The notes beneath the pieces are model-generated. The model worked only from the letters and a program-made list of their open reading frames with translations, did not search any database and was not told the origin of the DNA. Made by a program: the position numbers and the translations under genes. 64,000 nucleotides of DNA from a virus, in IMG/VR virus record IMGVR_UViG_3300023174_003623, positions 32,001 through 96,000 of that record; one strand, 5' to 3'. The number at the start of each line of letters is the position of its first letter. Within the stretch, counting starts at the first letter, position 1. This document shows, in pieces, positions 27,601-37,280 of the stretch.

Positions 27601-28286
27601 ATGTTGTTACTGCAAATGGTGTAGTCGGGTCATTAACTGTTTTTGATTCTGGTTATGGGTATGAACGATTTGATATATCATCATTTGCGAAGGCAGATGA
27701 CCCAGATTCTACTATCGGTTTAGCAAAAGCTGTTGTAGAACGACAGGGTAAAGGTGAAGGATTTTATCAATCTACTAAAGGTTTTTTAAGTCAAGATAAA
27801 TACATACATGATGGAGATTTTTATCAAGATTATTCATATGAATTAGTGAGTAGAGTACCTTTTGAAAGATACTCAGAGATGTTAAAAAAAGTTCTTCATG
27901 TTGCTGGCACTAAAATGTTCCCAGCAGCAGAAGTGGAAAGTAATATTTCGTTACCAATAACTGCTTCTAGAACAATTGAATTGAGAACTACATTTAATCC
28001 TTATGGCGATGGATGCACAGCTATTGTAGATGTATCAACTGATTTTATTAATTTACCTAATGGAAATAGTAGCGTCCTAATATTAGGAAATACTGATATA
28101 GTTGTTTATGATGTTGATACTGGAAATACTGTTATAACTGGTTTAGCTAATGGTCAATTTTATTATATTGCTTATGCTAATTCTTCAGGATTTAAATTAT
28201 CTACAACAGCTAACGGTTCTAGTATTGTGGATTTAGACGGTCCATTACTAAATGAAGATGGTCATGGTATTACTAATATTGTATAA
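24657..28286 (+). CDS. gp7-like baseplate wedge initiator with inserted repeated domains
   Basis: F..F.K.YYEWLE, FY.SKGT..S..LFF, D..FYQDYSYE, LH.AGTK.F; GTG start. Confidence 0.8.
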   Translation: MKDIVTYISPLIESQFPSFYREDGQVFISFVKSYYEWLEQANNALYHSRRLLEYRDVDQTVEDFLVYFKEETLKNIQFDTATNKRLFIKNALDFYRSKGTERSIDLFFKLVYAQPASVRYPGDDVFKLSDNTWKIPTYIEVTETPYNSEFDGKQITGVDSGATAFVDNYSVKKKINDTTDISGNKVKVSKNIHVFFLSNLRGNFKYGEKVVHTGTTDPRNAPVITGSLNELEVLTGASNYNVGDIVTLTSNTGMNGKAVVSSTYNTTGQVEFTLLEGGWGYTVSPKIIISEKTLQVNNVIAESGGLISPFIQFETVVQPKANINFQGMSGTFQTNDFVYNYYANNSLSGYGKIASISVSTNDSTTGNIYVSVISGNLQSNARFYNSGNTIYANTVTYIDRTATANIVAYTTDNTLTLSDVQDGILIIKGEKVYQSNSTVEWANATVQTISRNGANLIVQVTNTQGVFLANQRVLGRTSSANTLLNSYSTYIGINDSSTTSVRSVTITANGANYSNGDVVSFTSTTGYGAYARISTTASGNIYAVTVVRGGTGYLTTPSATIANSANQYFFNANSDVSNTTDFITISNHNFVNAQYVQYKVTATNTALSPLTNNGKYYVRTANSLGITISTAPKGNVINITSGATENGHSFTAVVSGGYGAAFTAILGNEIDYNNGLFLYGSKSNTTAYLTSASQGSLASFKVASIDDEETVSLNSDFLYSNNIYGADYLNIIIDGSSNTALSGSNSYGFPANPSANLTDGTIQSLLAVDDYTIGSISLISKTNPGEDYNIDPLVTVIEPVVYGYKKADYFLTTRESTSSFLSGENLLFISRKSFNGKTDVSSDFISITNNFWANGTVITYSVDAGNTVIGNLANNTNYYIGYANSLGFKLSTTLNGPAITLSPSPTSEIGHYIQNGSYSKLGIIKSIVNDNTLQVTRASMFADIAEYANTYVKGETSAFVTMIALAGTDTTFSGLNAKVTANVVTANGVVGSLTVFDSGYGYERFDISSFAKADDPDSTIGLAKAVVERQGKGEGFYQSTKGFLSQDKYIHDGDFYQDYSYELVSRVPFERYSEMLKKVLHVAGTKMFPAAEVESNISLPITASRTIELRTTFNPYGDGCTAIVDVSTDFINLPNGNSSVLILGNTDIVVYDVDTGNTVITGLANGQFYYIAYANSSGFKLSTTANGSSIVDLDGPLLNEDGHGITNIV

Positions 28287-28297
28287 AAGAGAGTAAG

Positions 28298-31200
28298 ATG
28301 GCAAATAATAAATTAATTACAAGTTATTTTAGATTGCATAATGTAAAGCAGTTCATAGAATCAATAAATGAACCTGCTAACACGATCTATTATGTCTTCG
28401 GCGGTAAGCCTACTCAATACAGTTTAGGTGATAATACTATTGATGCACCTAATGGAAGCATTCAAAGTTTAAATGCTAATGTATACGATGAAATGGTTTT
28501 TGCTAAAAAAATTGGGTCTTCAGATGTTGCGGTAATGGCTAATCGAACTAATTGGACTACTGGTACTGTTTATGATATGTATGATAGTCAAGACGGTAAT
28601 TTAGAAGATAAGCCATTTTTTGTAGTATCACCCGAGGGTGGTACTTATTATGTGTATAAATGTTTATTCAATAATAATGACAGTCCAGCAACAAGTCAAC
28701 CTCTTTTTAGTGCAACTGGTGCTGATGATGTTGTCTATGAAACCGCAGATGGTTATATTTGGAAATATATGTATAAAGTAGATGCCACTACTTTTAATAA
28801 ATTTTCCACCTCACTCTATATTCCAGTTATTGAAGATGCTAACGTCACTTCTAATGCAATTTCTGGCGCAATCGATGTAATTAAAATTGAAACTGGTGGG
28901 AGATTGTATAACAATTATCTTTCTGGGGCTTTTACTGCATCAGATGTGCGTTATGGTGGATTTCCTTTAAAATATAGAATATCATCAGGCGATGCATCCC
29001 CTACCGCAGATTTTTATACAGGATGCATTATTAAGATAATAACTGGTGAAGGCTCAGGTCAATATAGAAAAATTACAAGTTATACAACAGATGGTGAATA
29101 TAAATTCATTTATATTGATACGCCTTTTACTACTATCCCCACATCTTCTACATTTGAAATAAGCCCACAAGTTGTTGTTCATGGTGATGGAAGACAAACA
29201 TCAAATGTTACTGCAAGAGGATTAGTTAATTCTGCATCATCAAATTCTATCTATAAAATTGATATATTAAATCGAGGGTCTGGATATTTTATTGCATCAG
29301 CTAATGCTTATGCATCTCCTATAGTAAGAATAGCCAATTCTGTAAATGATTCAGTTTTACGACCAATAATTAGCCCCAAAGGTGGTCATGGTTATGATAT
29401 AGAAAATGAACTATACACTAATCATTTAGGTATAAGTGTAAAATTTTCTAACACAGAAAATGATACAATATCTACAGATAATGATTTTAGAACAGTTGGT
29501 ATAATTAAAGATCCTAGATTTAATAATGTAAAATTGAATTATAACTCTTTAAAGGGTAGTGGATTTACAGATACAGAAGAAGTTGTTCAATTAGATATTA
29601 AAAGACTTGGTGGTAGTGTTGGCGTTTCTTCTACAAGTAAAAATGTAGTAGGACTTGGTACTCTTACTACTTTAACTATAAATTCTCCCGGTAATACTAC
29701 TTTTTCAAATTCTGATGTAATCACTATTTCAAATGTAGCAGTAAATGCTATTTGCAATTTAGTATCCAACTCAACTGGTTATATTTCCAGTATTAGTGTA
29801 GTATCTGCTGGGTTTGGTTTTAGTGATACGGTATCACCAGTTATTTCTGTTGCTAATTCGTCTGGTGGTAATGTTAGATATGTTAATTCAAATATAATTT
29901 CTTCGGTTTCTATTAGTGCTGGTGGTAGAAATTATTCAAATACTGATTATGTGATTGTTTCTGATATAAGTTCTACCATAAATGCAACTTCAAATATTAC
30001 AACAGATAGTACTGGTAGTATTGCTTCTCTTCTTATAACAAATAGCGGTAGATCATTTTCTTCAAGTGGACCCTTTACTGTAAGAATTGCCAACAGTTCT
30101 GGTGGTTATTCAAATGGAGCTAAAGTAGTAAATGCTTCTGTAATCTCAAGTGGAAGTGCTGGTTTATACTCAAATACAGATTATCTAATTTTTCCAAGTC
30201 CATCTGCTCCCGCTGGTGGTAATGCTTTTGCAAACGTCTTTACAGTAATCAATGGGAGTATGTCTTTAGCATTAGTAAATGCTACTGTAATCACATTAGG
30301 CAATAATTATGGATTCACTTTAGACCCAACCTCATCTATAAATGGTTATGTAGCTAATAGTACAGGCGGAAAAATAAGATATTTAAATTCAAATATTGTA
30401 AGTTCAATAATTGTTTCAAATTCTTCGCCCGTATATAGAGTTGCTAATGTAGTTATAACTGGCACTGCTAATGGACAAAATTATAATTCTACTAAGGTTT
30501 TAAGAGTTGATATTGCGGATGGTGGCGTAGGATATAATTCAATAGCCAATAATATATTAATTTTCAGTGGTGGTGCAGGTTCTGGTGCCAATGCTACATT
30601 TGTTAATAATAGCTTAGGTTCTATTATTTCGGTTACAATGGTAGCTAATGGCACCGGCTACACCTCTGTTCCAGCCGTAACAGCAAATGCGACAGCAAAT
30701 GGTGTAGGTGCAAATTTAGTTGCAGTATTAGCTAATTCAATAACTTTTTCTAGTACTACTGGTGGTTATGGTGCTGTAGCATATTTTACAAATACTGCAT
30801 CAGGAAATATTGTATCAATATCTGTTGTAAATGCAGGATTTGGTTATACTTCAGTACCAACTGCAACTATATCAGATCCAGTTGGTACTGGAGCAGTATT
30901 TACAGTATCTGCAAACGGAGGCGCAAATCTATTTGCTGTAGATGATATTGTCTATGTAACTAATGGCAATATAAATGCTACTGCTACTGTAGCAGTGAAT
31001 GCTACACTTTTTATAACATCTACGACAGTCACAAATAGTGGCAAAGGATTTAATCCTTCTACTATGTTTGTTTACGCTGCAAATTCGAGTGGTGGAAATT
31101 ATCGATATTTTAATAATACTGTAATTAGAGATATTTCTGTTGCAAATGGTGGATTTACTGGTTTTTGTAGTAATAGTGACGTTTTAACTATTACAAATGG

Positions 31201-32677
31201 CGCTATAAATGCCATAGCAAACGTGAGATCAAATACTGTTGGTGGTTTATCTACTATAAATCTAACGACCAGTGGTCTTGGTTTTGCGAATCACTCTTCT
31301 TTGGTTATGAAATTAACCAATTCTACTGGTGGTGATATTCGTTATTTAAATGACTATATTGTAAATTCATACTCGATTTCAGATGGTGGTTCAGGATATA
31401 ATAATACAGATGTAATTATTATATCAAGTAATGATTCTACTATCAACTCTACTGCTAATATCATTACAACAACTACTGGGACAATTACTTCTGTTACATT
31501 TAATAATAGAGGAAAAGGTATTGCACCATGGTATATTTCTAATTTAAATATTGTAACTGGTGGGACTGGTTATTCTAACGCTGATAAAATTGTATTTTAT
31601 GGTGGTGGTGGAAGCGGCGCAAATGCAGTACTTCTTACAAATACTTCTGGTGGAATTGTTAGAGCGTATATTGTTGCTCCCGGTATAAATTATACAAGCG
31701 CACCAACAGTAGCAATAACAACATCGACAGGTAGTAGTGCAAATATTACTGCTAGCATTACTAAACCTTCTAGACTTAGAATATATGATGCAAACAATAA
31801 TCCATCATCTGGTCAATTTGCAGATATATCTTTCATGGTGTCTTTATCAGCAAATGCAGTGGCTAATTTAGTATATGCCCCTATTTTAGGTAATACTACA
31901 ATGATTGCTAATGTTGTAAGTGCTGCAAATGTTTCTGTAAATTTAAGTGATACTGCTAATTTAATTTTTGTATCTAATGCTGCACCAAACGTTTCAATTA
32001 ATCTAACTGGTCAGACTACATCATTTAGTAGTTCATTAGGTGCTGGTGATTACATTTACCTACAAACAAATAATGATCAATCGCAATTATTACAAGTCAA
32101 AAGTGTAACAAATTCTTCTCATTTAGAGGTAAATTCTTTTCCAGCATTCACTTCTAATGGTGTTGCAATTTCTGCTGCGAATGTGCATGCTCGTGGAAAT
32201 GTATTAGATAAAGCTTCAGGATATATTCAAGTTACAAATGTAGTTGGTTTTTTCACACAAGCAAATATTGTATATGGATTATCTTCTCAATCATCAGGAA
32301 ACGTTACTGCCATTTCCTTCAATGGAGTTTCTAAAACTGGTACAACTGTAAATCAATTATTTTATTATGGGGTGTCATCTGTTTCTGGCATTTTCCAAGA
32401 AGATGAAACAGTATATGCCAGTGGCGCTACTGCTACTTATCATTCTGGTAATAGCTCATCAATATTTGTGACTAGTCAAAATGGAATTTTTTATCCGGGA
32501 AATACAGTCACAGGGGCTTGTAGTTTTGCAACTGCTGTATTATCTTCAGGTAGTTCATATAAATATGAAGGTGATTTTATTAGGGGGTCTGGAGACGTAA
32601 TCTATATTGAAAATATAGAACCCATTTCTCGTTCTAATACCCAATCGGAAACTATAAAACTTATAGTGGAGTTTTAG
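28298..32677 (+). CDS. gp8-like baseplate wedge subunit with a very large insertion
   Basis: W..GT.YDMYD, VYKCL.NN, DGY.WKYMY, P.GGHG, DFR.VG.IKDP; C-terminal SG..IYIEN..PI.R...Q.E.IKLI.EF. Confidence 0.85.
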   Translation: MANNKLITSYFRLHNVKQFIESINEPANTIYYVFGGKPTQYSLGDNTIDAPNGSIQSLNANVYDEMVFAKKIGSSDVAVMANRTNWTTGTVYDMYDSQDGNLEDKPFFVVSPEGGTYYVYKCLFNNNDSPATSQPLFSATGADDVVYETADGYIWKYMYKVDATTFNKFSTSLYIPVIEDANVTSNAISGAIDVIKIETGGRLYNNYLSGAFTASDVRYGGFPLKYRISSGDASPTADFYTGCIIKIITGEGSGQYRKITSYTTDGEYKFIYIDTPFTTIPTSSTFEISPQVVVHGDGRQTSNVTARGLVNSASSNSIYKIDILNRGSGYFIASANAYASPIVRIANSVNDSVLRPIISPKGGHGYDIENELYTNHLGISVKFSNTENDTISTDNDFRTVGIIKDPRFNNVKLNYNSLKGSGFTDTEEVVQLDIKRLGGSVGVSSTSKNVVGLGTLTTLTINSPGNTTFSNSDVITISNVAVNAICNLVSNSTGYISSISVVSAGFGFSDTVSPVISVANSSGGNVRYVNSNIISSVSISAGGRNYSNTDYVIVSDISSTINATSNITTDSTGSIASLLITNSGRSFSSSGPFTVRIANSSGGYSNGAKVVNASVISSGSAGLYSNTDYLIFPSPSAPAGGNAFANVFTVINGSMSLALVNATVITLGNNYGFTLDPTSSINGYVANSTGGKIRYLNSNIVSSIIVSNSSPVYRVANVVITGTANGQNYNSTKVLRVDIADGGVGYNSIANNILIFSGGAGSGANATFVNNSLGSIISVTMVANGTGYTSVPAVTANATANGVGANLVAVLANSITFSSTTGGYGAVAYFTNTASGNIVSISVVNAGFGYTSVPTATISDPVGTGAVFTVSANGGANLFAVDDIVYVTNGNINATATVAVNATLFITSTTVTNSGKGFNPSTMFVYAANSSGGNYRYFNNTVIRDISVANGGFTGFCSNSDVLTITNGAINAIANVRSNTVGGLSTINLTTSGLGFANHSSLVMKLTNSTGGDIRYLNDYIVNSYSISDGGSGYNNTDVIIISSNDSTINSTANIITTTTGTITSVTFNNRGKGIAPWYISNLNIVTGGTGYSNADKIVFYGGGGSGANAVLLTNTSGGIVRAYIVAPGINYTSAPTVAITTSTGSSANITASITKPSRLRIYDANNNPSSGQFADISFMVSLSANAVANLVYAPILGNTTMIANVVSAANVSVNLSDTANLIFVSNAAPNVSINLTGQTTSFSSSLGAGDYIYLQTNNDQSQLLQVKSVTNSSHLEVNSFPAFTSNGVAISAANVHARGNVLDKASGYIQVTNVVGFFTQANIVYGLSSQSSGNVTAISFNGVSKTGTTVNQLFYYGVSSVSGIFQEDETVYASGATATYHSGNSSSIFVTSQNGIFYPGNTVTGACSFATAVLSSGSSYKYEGDFIRGSGDVIYIENIEPISRSNTQSETIKLIVEF

Positions 32678-32681
32678 CTAA

Positions 32682-35600
32682 ATGCCTATTAATACAGATT
32701 TAAACGTATCTCCTTATTTTGATGATTATAATGAGAATGATGATTATTATAAGATTTTATTTAAACCGGGAGTTGCGGTTCAAGTTCGTGAGCTAAATCA
32801 GCTTCAGACAATTTTACAAAAGCAAATTGAGCGGTTTGGTGATAATATCTATAAAAGAGGTACTATCATTGATGGTTGTAATTTTGTTTTTCATAATCCA
32901 TTACCTTATGTTAAAATTAATGATCTCGAAACTGATGGTACTCCAGTAAACATTTCTGCATTTAAAGGTTATCTAGTTAAGAACTCAGCAAATCTTGTTG
33001 CTCAAGTTTTAGAAACCTCAACAGGATTTGAGGCAACTTATCCTGATTTAAATACTATTTTTGTTAAATATTTAAATCATGGTATTTCTGGAAATAAAAC
33101 CAATTTTTCCGCAGATGATATTCTGACTGTTTATGATCCAGCCTTAGCTATTTCTGATGTTGATGTTAATGTAAAGTCTTCTGGATTTAGCAATACCGAT
33201 ACTCCAGTATTTTTAAGTGCAATTGCAGTACAAAATAGTATTGGTGGGCAGTCTTTTGTCAATGCAACGGGGCAAGCTTGTACTTTTATTGTTGGTGAAG
33301 TACTTACACAAGATGTAACTGGAGCAAGAGCAGAAATCAGACAAGTTAATGCAACAGCAAATGTTGATAACTTAATTCTTAAAATTAGACCTTTAGCATC
33401 TGAACTTCGCATAGGAAATACTGATTCTTGGTCCTTTTTTGAAGGGTATTCATTTACTTCATCTTCTTCAAAGATCACAGCAAATTTAACATCAATAATT
33501 GGTTCTGGAGCTAAAGGAAGTATTATTACTGATGTTAATGGTGGCGTAACTTCTTTTATAGTTACATCTGGTGGCCGAGGTTATTATGTTGAGCCATACG
33601 CAACAGTTAAATATAATCTTGCAAATACAAGCTCATCTGCTAATGCTTTAATTGATGCTCTTAATATCACATCCAAAAATTATGCTGCAAAGATAACGGT
33701 AAACAGTGCTGCCGACGCTATTGGTAGTGGGTATGGTTTCAGTGTTTCTGATGGTATCATTTACCAAAAAGGTTATTTTTCAAGAGTAAGTGAAAATTTT
33801 GTAGTAGTGGAAAAATATTCCACCTCGACTAATAATGTCGTTGGGTTTGATACAATAGAAGATATAGATGATTATACTAATAACCCTAGATTATATGATA
33901 ATGCTACTGGCACATTTAATGTTAATGCACCGGGAGCAAATCGTCTTAAATTAACTCCAGTGCTTACTGTTCTTACAAAAGAAGAAGCTGAAGCTAATGA
34001 TACTTTCTTTTCAATTGTAGAATTTAGTGAAGGTAAACCGTTTAAACAAAATAAAACTACACAATTCAATACCATTAATAAACAGTTGGCAAGAAGAACT
34101 GCTGAAGAAAGTGGTGATTACGTTATTGATCAGTTTCTTGTAACAACTACAGGACAAGAAACATTTGCAGATGAAGCTTCTCAGTTTGAAGTTGCAATTG
34201 ATCCGGGTTTAGCATATATCGATGGATATCGAGTAGAGACAAATAGTTCTTATTATAAAGATATTCGTAAAGGTACAACTACTGAAGTTATTTCAAATAC
34301 TGCCATTTCTATAAATTATGGAAATTATATTCAGGTAAAAGAACTTGGTGGTTTGTTTAAATTTTCAGTAGGAGCTACCATTTCTTTAAGAAATACTGCT
34401 GCAACTTATTTGACAAGTTCATCTGGAACTTCTCAGTTTGCTACTCCTAGTGCAGTTGGTAATGAAATTGGCACAGCTAGAATTCGTTCATTATTACTAG
34501 TAAATGGAGTGGCGGGAGAACCATCAGCCACCTATTATATGTATTTGTTCGATATTAGAATGAATACTGGAAAAAACTTTAAAGATACAAGAAGTGTTTT
34601 TTATGATGGAACTGGTACGAATGATGGTGTTGCTGATATAATCTTAAATGGTACAGAAGCTACAATTTATGATCCTAAAAATAGTTCTTTATTGTATTAT
34701 TCTGGCGCAACATCTCTTAAAAACGCAAATAATCTCTCATACACATATAGAACAGTAGATGACACTATAAGCTGCGCTACTAGTGGACAAATGTCGGTTT
34801 CTGTTGCAGCTAATCCCGGAGAATTTTTTCCTTATAATAGCACACTATCAGATACACAAAAACTCTCAATTATTGTTGTTCCATTGGCTACTGCTATTTG
34901 TGTTAATGCTGTTGGGGGTATTAGTGTTACAACATTGGCTAATACTACTGTTACAGGAACATCTACAGTATTTAATAGTGTGTTTCAAGTTGGCGATTAT
35001 GTAAGAATTGCTAATTCTACTGCCGCAGAAATTAAACGAATTACTGCAATTGCTAATGCTACATCAATGACTGTTAATGGCACTATTGCAAATGCTTATT
35101 CTTCAGGAAACGTATCATTAATATTTCCAAAATATGCACCAATTCCTTTATATTTGAGAAATAATAGAACTGTAACTGTAAGTGCTAATACCACATTAGT
35201 AATTAATCTTGGTAATACAATTGCGTCTGCTGTAAATGTTGCAGTTTCATATAATGCACAAAGAAATGTAAATGCAGTTTCTAAAACTATAACTCGCAAA
35301 GCTTATGTGCAAATTAATACTGCAACAAATATTGCCAACAATAAAGGTCCATGGTGTTTAGGTGTACCCGATATTGTTAGATTAAGAAATGTATATTTGG
35401 GTAATAGTATTGCAGTTACAACAAGTGATACAGTTGTTACATCAAATTTCTGGATAGATCATAATCAAAAGAAAGATTATTATGATGTTGGGTTTTTATA
35501 TAAAAAACCAGAATATCCCGTATCTTCTAGTGTATTTTTACTTGCGGAATTTGATGTATTAAATGTCACTCAACAAGGATTAAAAACGATAGCATCATAT

Positions 35601-37265
35601 CCAATTGATGATAGTGTATTATTAGCTAATAGTGCAACATCTATCAATACTGTTGAAATTCCTGAAATGTATAATGATAACGACGAATATTTTGATTTAA
35701 GAGATTATTTTGATTTCAGACCATATTCATCAAATACAGCTACGATCACCACAACAGCAGCTAGTGCAACACTCAATCCAATTGAACCAACGCAAGCTAA
35801 TAGATTTGATACTACTTATGATAAAAAATTTCCAGCACCCCAATCAGATTGCGTTACAACTTTAGAAAAATACTTAGGACGAACTGACGCTATTGTAATT
35901 TCTTCTAATGGAGATTTTAGAATTATAGAAGGAACATCTTCAAATAAACCTAAACTTCCTGATATTCCAAGCGATGGATTATTAATTAACTATTTGGTTA
36001 TTCCACCATATCCATCTTTACCTAAAAACAACAGTGCAAATACTAATCAGTTTTTAGATAAAAAAATAGCAAATATCAAACTAACTAATAAACGACAAAC
36101 TGATTACAAAGTTTCAGTTCCTATTGATGAACAGGGATTGGCATTTTCTCAACCAAAACGTTATACTATGAAAGAGATTGGTTCTCTTGAAAGACGTATT
36201 TCTGATTTAGAATATTATACATCATTGAGTGCTACTGAAGATACAATAAATAATTTAGAATTGACTAGTTCTTCAGATAATACAAATAGATATAAGTTTG
36301 GATTCTTTGTAGATAATTTTACTACTGTTAATTTTGCAGAAATTAATGACCCAACATATAATGCACAAATTTATGGGTATGAATTACATCCTGCAAAGAA
36401 ACAAATACAAATTAAATATACTGCAAATCTTAATGATACGGGAACCGTTACTTGTTTAAATGGTGAGAAAATTATTCTTCCTTCAACAAGAAAACGTTTG
36501 ATTGGTCAATCGATTGCAACGGAATCCACTACAATAGATGTAGCAGTAACATCAACATTATATACCACTACTGGTACTCAAATACAATCTCAGACTACTC
36601 AAGTAAAACAAATTACTACTACTGATTATGAATTATTATCTGGAACTACTCAAGTATCATCAACAAAAACTGTTGCCGATACAAAAGGTAGTATAGGTAG
36701 TGTGCCGGCAGGACGCACTTGGTCTAGAAAATTTGAAGTTGGAAAATTAGCCGGTAGAATATTTGCACAAGGTGACTGTCAGCAAAATAAAGGAAACTTG
36801 CCTTATTTACAAAGATATGTAAACGGCACTTGGACGACTATTGCTAGCGGTTATTTTGGAGGAGAAGCACCATCTACTGTTGGAACAAATGGTAATAGAC
36901 ATTGGGCCTTATCTTATAATTATACACCTAATTCTTCTGCAACTGATAGACAATTTAGAGTTGTATTGGATAACAATTCTGGCACAGCCGATTTAGATAA
37001 TAGTTATTATCCTAGATCTAAAGATGTGACTACTATTAGCAATGCCACAACATATAAAGTAAATGCTGATACTAGTACTGAAACAAAAACTGAAATTATA
37101 CCAAATTCGACAATAGTTGAAAATACAACATATATAATTCAACCATTGTTTAATTCTAAATTAACTGGATTAATGACTATAGATAATTTATTTAATTCTC
37201 CATCTTCATTAAATTCTCCATTTATTGACCTTGCTTCAACAATTAGAAATGATATAAATTCGTAA
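32682..37265 (+). CDS. VrlC/DUF4815-like large virion protein, N-terminal part
   Basis: LNVSPYFDDY, LF.PG..VQ.RELNQLQ.ILQ.QIERFG, APGA.RL, LARRT.EESGDY, YTM..IG.LE.RI..LEYYTSL, GFFVDNF. Confidence 0.85.
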   Translation: MPINTDLNVSPYFDDYNENDDYYKILFKPGVAVQVRELNQLQTILQKQIERFGDNIYKRGTIIDGCNFVFHNPLPYVKINDLETDGTPVNISAFKGYLVKNSANLVAQVLETSTGFEATYPDLNTIFVKYLNHGISGNKTNFSADDILTVYDPALAISDVDVNVKSSGFSNTDTPVFLSAIAVQNSIGGQSFVNATGQACTFIVGEVLTQDVTGARAEIRQVNATANVDNLILKIRPLASELRIGNTDSWSFFEGYSFTSSSSKITANLTSIIGSGAKGSIITDVNGGVTSFIVTSGGRGYYVEPYATVKYNLANTSSSANALIDALNITSKNYAAKITVNSAADAIGSGYGFSVSDGIIYQKGYFSRVSENFVVVEKYSTSTNNVVGFDTIEDIDDYTNNPRLYDNATGTFNVNAPGANRLKLTPVLTVLTKEEAEANDTFFSIVEFSEGKPFKQNKTTQFNTINKQLARRTAEESGDYVIDQFLVTTTGQETFADEASQFEVAIDPGLAYIDGYRVETNSSYYKDIRKGTTTEVISNTAISINYGNYIQVKELGGLFKFSVGATISLRNTAATYLTSSSGTSQFATPSAVGNEIGTARIRSLLLVNGVAGEPSATYYMYLFDIRMNTGKNFKDTRSVFYDGTGTNDGVADIILNGTEATIYDPKNSSLLYYSGATSLKNANNLSYTYRTVDDTISCATSGQMSVSVAANPGEFFPYNSTLSDTQKLSIIVVPLATAICVNAVGGISVTTLANTTVTGTSTVFNSVFQVGDYVRIANSTAAEIKRITAIANATSMTVNGTIANAYSSGNVSLIFPKYAPIPLYLRNNRTVTVSANTTLVINLGNTIASAVNVAVSYNAQRNVNAVSKTITRKAYVQINTATNIANNKGPWCLGVPDIVRLRNVYLGNSIAVTTSDTVVTSNFWIDHNQKKDYYDVGFLYKKPEYPVSSSVFLLAEFDVLNVTQQGLKTIASYPIDDSVLLANSATSINTVEIPEMYNDNDEYFDLRDYFDFRPYSSNTATITTTAASATLNPIEPTQANRFDTTYDKKFPAPQSDCVTTLEKYLGRTDAIVISSNGDFRIIEGTSSNKPKLPDIPSDGLLINYLVIPPYPSLPKNNSANTNQFLDKKIANIKLTNKRQTDYKVSVPIDEQGLAFSQPKRYTMKEIGSLERRISDLEYYTSLSATEDTINNLELTSSSDNTNRYKFGFFVDNFTTVNFAEINDPTYNAQIYGYELHPAKKQIQIKYTANLNDTGTVTCLNGEKIILPSTRKRLIGQSIATESTTIDVAVTSTLYTTTGTQIQSQTTQVKQITTTDYELLSGTTQVSSTKTVADTKGSIGSVPAGRTWSRKFEVGKLAGRIFAQGDCQQNKGNLPYLQRYVNGTWTTIASGYFGGEAPSTVGTNGNRHWALSYNYTPNSSATDRQFRVVLDNNSGTADLDNSYYPRSKDVTTISNATTYKVNADTSTETKTEIIPNSTIVENTTYIIQPLFNSKLTGLMTIDNLFNSPSSLNSPFIDLASTIRNDINS

Positions 37266-37280
37266 AGAGGAAAGAACACT

